From the NCBI GenBank assembly GCA_048885865.1, contig JBHLLF010000048.1, forward strand, positions 1 to 19,528: a stretch of DNA of 19,528 bases, read 5' to 3'. The position numbers and the translations under genes were made by a program. The stretch is from Candidatus Hermodarchaeota archaeon (GTDB lineage: Archaea > Asgardarchaeota > Thorarchaeia > Thorarchaeales > Thorarchaeaceae). The notes beneath the pieces were generated by a model. It ran no database searches. It worked only from the letters and a program-made list of their open reading frames with translations, and was not told the origin of the DNA. Below are positions 1-6,389 of the stretch, in pieces; position 1 is the stretch's first letter; each line of letters starts with the position of its first letter.

Positions 1-1488
1 GAGAGCGTGCTTGAAGAGGTTGAAATGTTCTTCCGCGTGCGAAGGAAGATTCTAGCACCTGGAATCCTGCGTGATGTTCTTATTCGGATTGGACTGCCAA
101 CTGCAAAGAAGATCGTATCAGCACAGGATTTGGAAGCGGCACCTCCAGAGGTGAAGAAAAAAACACCCACACCAAAACCAGAACCCAAAACTCACATGCC
201 TTCTGAAGAAGAAGCACCGAAGGTTATGAGTGAGAAACCTCCGACTGAGGAAGCAGCTACATTTATCGAGAATCCTGAGCTGGATGTGCCAGGTGTCACT
301 GTCTTAGATGGTGAAGATTTCACAGATATCGCTGATGCACTCAATGCCGTGGAGTCGATGAGTGACTCCTTCATGGCTGCAAGACCTAAAATGGAAGGAG
401 AAGTTTTCGCCGAACAGAAAGAAGAGGAGCCTGCAAAATCGGGAATTAGAATCAATGTAGCTGGTTCCGAAGAAATAGCAGCGGCGCCAACTACTTTTGC
501 ATCAACTCCGACTACCCCTGAAGAACATAAAGAATTGCGAGCAGAGGAAACAGAACCTCCCGGGCAAGAAACCGAAATGGAACAAGGTGACATTGTGGAA
601 GAAGAGCCGGAATCATTAGCCGAGTTAGAGGCTTCAATTCCACAATCTGAGCATGAACCGGTAACTAAACCTCAGGCCTTTGACTCGGAGGAGATAGAGC
701 CTGAGGCACAGATCCTTGACACAGAAGATGAGATAGTACCAGAGCCTCAAACAGTCATTGAAGACGAAGAAGAACCAGAAATTGAGGAGGTTCCTGAACC
801 TCCAATGATGGATGAGATCGAGGAGGCTGCCGCGGATGAGGTATCACCTTCACCTGATCTCGGGTCTGTTCCGGATGAATCACCTGTTAAGACTACGACT
901 CCAGCTCATGTGGTCAAACCTCTAATCCAATCGAAAATACTCATTCTAGGTGAGGCAGGTGTCGGCAAAAAAAGTCTGATGCGAAAAGCGGAGCTCGAGC
1001 CTGTGGAGGAGGAAGCGCCCATAGGAGAACCTTACATACACACTAAGCTGGTTGAAACTGAGAACCATCGGGTGAGAGTCCACGTCTGGTCATTTGATGA
1101 AGCAGTCAAATCACAGATTTCTAGAAAGGATTTCTACGATGAGGCTGAAGCGCTGATAGTTGTTTATGCTGCTTCTGATAGGTGGAGCTTCGAGTCCATT
1201 GATTTTTGGTTGAAAGAAGCCACTATCACAACAGATGAAGTGCCTCCAATAGTCGTAGTGGCCAACAAGACAGATTTGGTTTCAGACTTCGAGGAGGATT
1301 CTGGCGAGGAGCCTGTGACTTCAGAAGAGGGCTTTGCTCTTGCCGAGGAACTCGCAAAGAGGTTTGGAACAGACGAAAAATTGCATCCTGTAGCATTCAT
1401 TGGGACATCATGTTTGACAGGTGAGGGAGTCAATGATGTCTTCGTAACTTCAGCTGAGCTGGCAGCTCGCAACAGACCAGAGGAGTAG
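1..1488 (+). CDS. Protein with long acidic/Pro-rich disordered linker and C-terminal Rab/Ras-like small GTPase domain (degenerate motifs); probably 5'-truncated by the window edge
   Basis: Frame is open from base 1, so the GTG at 7 may not be the true start. From ~931: KILILGEAGVGKKS (P-loop), 'FY..AEALIVVY...DRWSFESIDFW' (Rab-like), IVVVANKTD (G4), TSCLTGEGVNDVF (G5 region). About 260 aa of E/D/P-rich sequence lies upstream. No C-terminal Cys prenylation motif. Confidence 0.9.
   Translation, partial: ESVLEEVEMFFRVRRKILAPGILRDVLIRIGLPTAKKIVSAQDLEAAPPEVKKKTPTPKPEPKTHMPSEEEAPKVMSEKPPTEEAATFIENPELDVPGVTVLDGEDFTDIADALNAVESMSDSFMAARPKMEGEVFAEQKEEEPAKSGIRINVAGSEEIAAAPTTFASTPTTPEEHKELRAEETEPPGQETEMEQGDIVEEEPESLAELEASIPQSEHEPVTKPQAFDSEEIEPEAQILDTEDEIVPEPQTVIEDEEEPEIEEVPEPPMMDEIEEAAADEVSPSPDLGSVPDESPVKTTTPAHVVKPLIQSKILILGEAGVGKKSLMRKAELEPVEEEAPIGEPYIHTKLVETENHRVRVHVWSFDEAVKSQISRKDFYDEAEALIVVYAASDRWSFESIDFWLKEATITTDEVPPIVVVANKTDLVSDFEEDSGEEPVTSEEGFALAEELAKRFGTDEKLHPVAFIGTSCLTGEGVNDVFVTSAELAARNRPEE
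688..768 (+). repeat. Degenerate ~39-42 nt tandem duplication in the acidic linker
   Basis: EEIEPEAQILDTE (688-726) is followed by DEIVPEPQTVIEDE (727-768). DNA starts gaggagatagagcctgag vs gatgagatagtaccagag. Confidence 0.4.
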
Positions 1489-1599
1489 GTCCTGCGTCTC
1501 CAAGTATTTCATAAGAAGATTCACGAAGGATTGGAAATACCCTTATACTACCCTGCCATCATGATCTCAAGGCTAAGCTGATACTCCTTACTATCCTCG

Positions 1600-1920
1600 G
1601 TGAGTGTGGTCAATACGGAAAATAGATGCGAAAGCTGCGGGAGGACTGTTGATCCCATTGGCATAGCACGAAATCTGGAAGAGCAATTCATAAATGATGC
1701 TCGAAAAGGCATGTGGATCTGTAATGATTGCTTCAGGAAGCGGTTCAAGGTAAACACTAAGAAGCGGAGTGGGTATGGAGGTACAATCTACGAGCTGGAA
1801 GAAAAGAGTGCACCAAGGTTTGGCCTGGGAAGCTCAAAGCTCAGCTGTCTTAAGTGTGAGTGGGTTGCTTGGACTGAAGAAGGACTGGTAAGCCACATGT
1901 ATAAGAAACATATCAGATAG
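1600..1920 (+). CDS. Small double zinc-finger protein (N-terminal CxxC...CxxC module plus C-terminal C2H2 finger)
   Basis: CESC ... CNDC pair, then C-LK-C-x12-H-x4-H (CLKCEWVAWTEEGLVSHMYKKH). Basic linker RKRFKVNTKKR. GTG start, exact start uncertain. Confidence 0.8.
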   Translation: MSVVNTENRCESCGRTVDPIGIARNLEEQFINDARKGMWICNDCFRKRFKVNTKKRSGYGGTIYELEEKSAPRFGLGSSKLSCLKCEWVAWTEEGLVSHMYKKHIR

Positions 1921-1927
1921 CTGAAGT

Positions 1928-2584
1928 TCATTCATTCTTGACTGAGAAGACATCCTTTTCCCTGATTATCACATGCCCAGAGAAGCGTAGCGCATCAAGT
2001 TTTCTTGCTGCACTTTCCAGCATGCCCATGCGATACATCGCAGTTCGAGGGCCTACTCCCTGAAGCCAGTCTATGCTAGTCAAATTCAGTTTGTCATGAT
2101 GAGCGAAATACAGCCTGAGGTCTGCTGAAATCGCATTTGTACGGTCAAACATCGCTGCAGTAAGTCCGATACTGGGAGCCGCAAAACTGGCCATCACCCA
2201 AATGACAATGAATGGGTCATTTGCGAAATAATCAAAGAAGAAGATGAAGCCGCTTAGAATAGGATCGACTAGAGCGATGATTACAAGTGCCAAGGATAGA
2301 TACTGAGGTGTATCATCACTGCCAAGACCAACCACACCTATTATGTCTTGATTTGGCGGATACAAAAAGACCAGAATACTTCCAGAGGCAATGCCTACAA
2401 CCAGCCCTGTCAGGGCAATCAGAACTGCAAACTCAGTTCCCCTCTCAGCCCAAATGGCAGGGAATCCAAGAAGAGACTGAATCACAAGAGCAACGCAGAT
2501 TGTAACGGCACCTACAAAGAATCCTCTCCAGCTGAAGAATTCATACCGCATTTCCATAATCTCATCAGACAATCCTTGTTGCAC
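1928..2584 (-). CDS. Hypothetical integral membrane protein (about 4 TM helices plus soluble C-terminal domain)
   Basis: 218-aa ORF with four hydrophobic segments (FFVGAVTICVALVI; AVLIALTGLVVGIASGSILVFLY; YLSLALVIIALVDPILSGFIFFF; FIVIWVMASFAAPSIGLTAAMF). It fills the gap neatly, ending 7 nt from the convergent zinc-finger gene. Confidence 0.8.
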   Translation of the reverse strand: MQQGLSDEIMEMRYEFFSWRGFFVGAVTICVALVIQSLLGFPAIWAERGTEFAVLIALTGLVVGIASGSILVFLYPPNQDIIGVVGLGSDDTPQYLSLALVIIALVDPILSGFIFFFDYFANDPFIVIWVMASFAAPSIGLTAAMFDRTNAISADLRLYFAHHDKLNLTSIDWLQGVGPRTAMYRMGMLESAARKLDALRFSGHVIIREKDVFSVKNE

Positions 2585-2763
2585 CTAAACTATTCTACAA
2601 TCAGATAATACCTTGATTTCTGATAAAGCTTCGTGTGATAGCAGGCGATGATTGAATTAAGAAGGGATTGCATTAGCCCAACGCTATCATGAACAATGGG
2701 GTACAGTCTTTCTCAGATAGTTGACTTTATAGCCGGAAGCTTCTCGATTTACTCAAATCCATC

Positions 2764-2797
2764 TCTCTTTTTGCAAAGAGAACGGAGCAATTTATTA
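2764..2797 (+). promoter_or_regulatory. Inverted repeat (TCTCTTT-ttgc-AAAGAGA) followed by TATA-like TTTATTA upstream of the ABC operon
   Basis: Perfect 7-bp arms at 2764-2770 and 2775-2781. TTTATTA at 2791-2797, about 70 nt before the ATG at 2868. Confidence 0.35.
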
Positions 2798-2867
2798 GAA
2801 TCGTGGAATGGGTTTCAGATAGAAGCGGACTTGCTCTAGATAGGAGTGGTTTCAGCTGAATGATGAT

Positions 2868-3554
2868 ATGATTGTGCGCCTGGATGATGTTTCGAGAACA
2901 TATACAATGGGAGAGATACAGGTACATGCTTTGACAAATGTGTCGCTTTCCATAAAGAGAGGAGAATCTGTGGCTATCATGGGTCCGAGTGGGTCAGGTA
3001 AAACAACTCTTCTCAATTTGATTGGAGCACTTGATAGGCCTACTGGTGGAAGGGTCCACATCGATGGAGTAGATATTACAGACATGAGTGAAAAAGATCT
3101 GACCAATGTCAGACGAGAAAAGATCTCTTTTGTTTTCCAATTCTTCAACCTTTTGCCCGTGCTTTCTGCATATGAGAATGTTGAGCTTCCGCTTCTCATC
3201 AGTGGTGTTGATGAAGAATCTAGAAAGGCACGAGTCGATCATTTGATCAATCTTGTTGGCCTGGCAGAGAGAGCAGAGCATCGCCCAGACGAGCTCAGCG
3301 GTGGAGAACAACAACGTGTGGCAATTGCACGCGCCTTAGCAAAGCCCCATGGCTCAGCTAGCTCGATTGTCGTTCTTGCTGATGAACCGACGGGAGATCT
3401 TGATTCAACAACAGGCGAAGAGATCATGAAAGTACTCATCGAACTGACGAAGGGTGAAGGTGGCACATTGATCTGTGTCACTCACGATCCCGATGTTGGC
3501 CAGAAGATGGACCGTGTACTCAAGATGAGAGATGGATTGATAACGAACGCGTGA
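2868..3554 (+). CDS. ABC ATPase, LolD/MacB/FtsE (MJ0796-like) family - ATPase 1
   Basis: Walker [11 protein letters not shown]-loop FVFQFFNL, signature LSGGEQQR, Walker B/D-loop [12 protein letters not shown]-loop VTHD. Confidence 0.97.
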   Translation: MIVRLDDVSRTYTMGEIQVHALTNVSLSIKRGESVAIMGPSGSGKTTLLNLIGALDRPTGGRVHIDGVDITDMSEKDLTNVRREKISFVFQFFNLLPVLSAYENVELPLLISGVDEESRKARVDHLINLVGLAERAEHRPDELSGGEQQRVAIARALAKPHGSASSIVVLADEPTGDLDSTTGEEIMKVLIELTKGEGGTLICVTHDPDVGQKMDRVLKMRDGLITNA

Positions 3555-3563
3555 GGGTTGTAG

Positions 3564-6389
3564 TTGGCCGCGGTCCCAGCAGGATATGAGGCATTCCAGA
3601 GCAGAAGACGCAGAGGCGTAACACTTCTCTGCTTCTTATTGGTATCCATGATAGTTATGGGAATGACAGTCTATGTTGATTCCTATTCAGTCCACTACTG
3701 GGAAGAGGCGACCGATGTAGGCGATGTTTCTCTAATCGTAGAAGGACCCGACGTGGAGGATATAGTGCCGCAAGTTCAAGCTATAGACGGAATTGAGCAA
3801 GCCATTCTTCTCGAGGGTTCAGAGGGATTCATCTTCTTTGAAATGGGAGAAGATACTGTTCAATATTATGTGGAGGTTCGGGCTCCTAGTCAACAATATT
3901 TGGAAACCTTTCCAAGCATATACACAATTATCTCTGGCAGGATGCCTCAGAACTCCTCTGAGGTTGCCGTCCTGGAATGGATGGTGGAAGACAATTGGAT
4001 TAACGTATCCCTTGGATCCCGACTCAATTACTCGACGGAGGACTATGGAACGCAAAGCGATGTCACCGTTGTGGGCGTCTTTACGATAAGCGAATCCTCC
4101 GGTGGCGACTGGTATACCTATTACTACTTTTATTGCGATCTACTCGTCATGGATTCGCTCATAGGCGATTATGACTACATGACCGCGATTCATGCCAATA
4201 TCGATAGGCAGAGGATTGGTCCGTTTGATGCGGCAGGATCGCTCAGATTCCTCACGGGAATCAGTGAGCAAATCTATGCATTGGATCCGAATTATTCTCC
4301 CGAAACTCCTTGGTCCATGTACCATACAAATGACTTTCTGCAGAGGGGAGTTTACTCGTACATCTCATGGCAGATGTCAACTCGCTTCTCGCAGCTTATG
4401 AGGGCCGCACCCATCATTGTGCTAGTGCTAATGCTGAGCTTTCTAGCTATTCGCTTCAATGTGAATGAAAGACGGTATGAAGCCAATATGCTGATGGCAA
4501 GGGGTGCTTCAGAGGGAGATGTAAATGGGATCATCAATAGGGAGATAGCCCTCATTGCTCTAGCGTCATGTTTACTTGGCCCGATTCTTGGCCTCTTTGG
4601 AAGCCGTATTGCGATTGCGTCCATAGGATTCTTCCAATTTGATTTTGGATTAATGATTACAGAGCCATTCCTAATCACGTTGGAGTCTTTGCTAATGTCC
4701 CTTGTTATAGGCTTCCTGTTACCTGTATTTACACTCGTTGGATATAGAACAATTTACTCTACAAAGAAGACTGTTGAGGAAAGCACTGGAAGATTGGCAA
4801 AAGTTTCCAGGGGTCTCACCCTGATTCGCTGGGATGCCTTGATTGTCGTATTGACTTCACTCCTGATGCTTGCGCTATATGCTGGAGGCCCGGAGATACA
4901 ATCCAATTTTGTACTAGGCTTTATTGCATCGATAACACCTCTACCTCTCTTCCTTGGAGTAGCCAGCCTGGTGATCAAGGGTCTGAGGCGAGGATCCGTC
5001 ATGTTATCAAAACGATTCGTGAGAATAGTAGGAGAGGTTTCCTCGTCGGTGGGAGTACGACGAATTGGAAAGGAGGCGTCCTCAGCAGGACCAGCAATTA
5101 TGGTTTTGGTTTTGGCAATCAGTTTAGCATGGAACAACGCGTTAGTCGACAGTACATTGCCTGCAACCCATCTAAATCATTCAAGATTTGCAATGGGTGC
5201 GGATGTGGCTTTTCAGCTTGATCCACTTCAGGAAGCCCAGTGGGACGAATTCCTTCAGAATATTTCAAGTCATGCAGCAACAGAAGAGGTGACACAGATT
5301 GATGTCACAACTCTGTACTTGGCAGACGATTGGTCTAGTCGTACTGATTTCGTTGCAATTGATCCACAAGAGTATAGTCGGATAGGATATGATCAATCAG
5401 GAGCTCGACTGAATGACTCCAGCTTAAGCCCGCTACTGATGGAGCTAGAGGACAATCCAACAGGCATTATTATAACGCAGGATATCGCAGATACTTATCG
5501 CCTGGAAGTAGGAGATATTCTTCGAGCTTTCGAACAGGGCGAGGTCCCACAGGTCTTTGAGTTTACAATAATAGGAATAGCCCCTGCAATTCCAGAAGTA
5601 TTGGTGAAGTACTCAGATTATCGACCTGGCGGTGGCATCTATTATCTAGGGTCTGGATATGCGGCAGCACAAATCATACCCCCACCCCCCTATTATTATG
5701 AATCATATGGAACTCGTCGAGCATGGATTCACAGGGCTTTCGCCGAAACATTGCTGAACGAAACCTACGAAACAGTGCATTACTACGTTGCAGGTGCCAG
5801 GAGAAACGCCAACGGTACTGCAATGGCGATCGATGTTCTGGCTGCTGGCGGTTCAAGTGCCATCATGTTCGGTCAATGGGGTACAGTGGACTATGAAATC
5901 GCTTACTACTTGGGCCAAGTAATCTACCAGATGGATCGTGCCATTGACACAATGCTCACTACATTTACTATAGGAGTAATCCTTGGAGCATTTGGAATTT
6001 ATGCTGTTGAAGGAATCACTTCAAGGAAGAGAGAGATTGCTCTCCTTAGATCCATTGGCGCAAGAAACAGCCTAGTAGTAAGGGCACAAGGTGCCGAACT
6101 CCTGGTATTGACACTTGTCAGCCTCATCCTGCTTTTAGGATATGGCCCACTCTTCATGGCCAATTCCCTAATCTCGTCGCTAGGGTCTTACAGCGCATGG
6201 TCCTTCCTATTCCCAGTGGCGATATTCCCAGTAATTCCTTGGATCACACTTGTCACCGTCTTGATGTTCTTCATCCTGTCAACAATATTGTTCATAGCTG
6301 CGATAGCTCTGCTCGGATCAAGAGTCAATATCGCAGCAGCTCTGAATGCTGCATGGGCTGAAGCAGGGCCTTATGGAGGCGATCTATAA
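3564..6389 (+). CDS. Type VII ABC permease (FtsX/MacB family, YbbP-like, ~10 TM, two extracellular domains) - permease A1
   Basis: TM1 after RRRRG, then a large ectodomain with 'ISGRMP'. Two coupling-helix motifs (ERRYEANMLMARGAS; RKREIALLRSIGA) and a second ectodomain. TTG start preceded by GAGGG. Confidence 0.92.
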   Translation: MAAVPAGYEAFQSRRRRGVTLLCFLLVSMIVMGMTVYVDSYSVHYWEEATDVGDVSLIVEGPDVEDIVPQVQAIDGIEQAILLEGSEGFIFFEMGEDTVQYYVEVRAPSQQYLETFPSIYTIISGRMPQNSSEVAVLEWMVEDNWINVSLGSRLNYSTEDYGTQSDVTVVGVFTISESSGGDWYTYYYFYCDLLVMDSLIGDYDYMTAIHANIDRQRIGPFDAAGSLRFLTGISEQIYALDPNYSPETPWSMYHTNDFLQRGVYSYISWQMSTRFSQLMRAAPIIVLVLMLSFLAIRFNVNERRYEANMLMARGASEGDVNGIINREIALIALASCLLGPILGLFGSRIAIASIGFFQFDFGLMITEPFLITLESLLMSLVIGFLLPVFTLVGYRTIYSTKKTVEESTGRLAKVSRGLTLIRWDALIVVLTSLLMLALYAGGPEIQSNFVLGFIASITPLPLFLGVASLVIKGLRRGSVMLSKRFVRIVGEVSSSVGVRRIGKEASSAGPAIMVLVLAISLAWNNALVDSTLPATHLNHSRFAMGADVAFQLDPLQEAQWDEFLQNISSHAATEEVTQIDVTTLYLADDWSSRTDFVAIDPQEYSRIGYDQSGARLNDSSLSPLLMELEDNPTGIIITQDIADTYRLEVGDILRAFEQGEVPQVFEFTIIGIAPAIPEVLVKYSDYRPGGGIYYLGSGYAAAQIIPPPPYYYESYGTRRAWIHRAFAETLLNETYETVHYYVAGARRNANGTAMAIDVLAAGGSSAIMFGQWGTVDYEIAYYLGQVIYQMDRAIDTMLTTFTIGVILGAFGIYAVEGITSRKREIALLRSIGARNSLVVRAQGAELLVLTLVSLILLLGYGPLFMANSLISSLGSYSAWSFLFPVAIFPVIPWITLVTVLMFFILSTILFIAAIALLGSRVNIAAALNAAWAEAGPYGGDL

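Noticed and set aside
3600-3620. SRRRRG / IRRRRG at the N-termini of permeases A1 and A2 as Tat signals
   Set aside because: There is no RRxFLK consensus. A basic patch before TM1 is normal positive-inside topology in FtsX/MacB permeases.
5679-5699. PPPY (PPxY) WW-binding or ESCRT late-domain motif in permease A1
   Set aside because: It lies in a predicted extracellular domain, out of reach of cytoplasmic partners, and is absent from the paralog.
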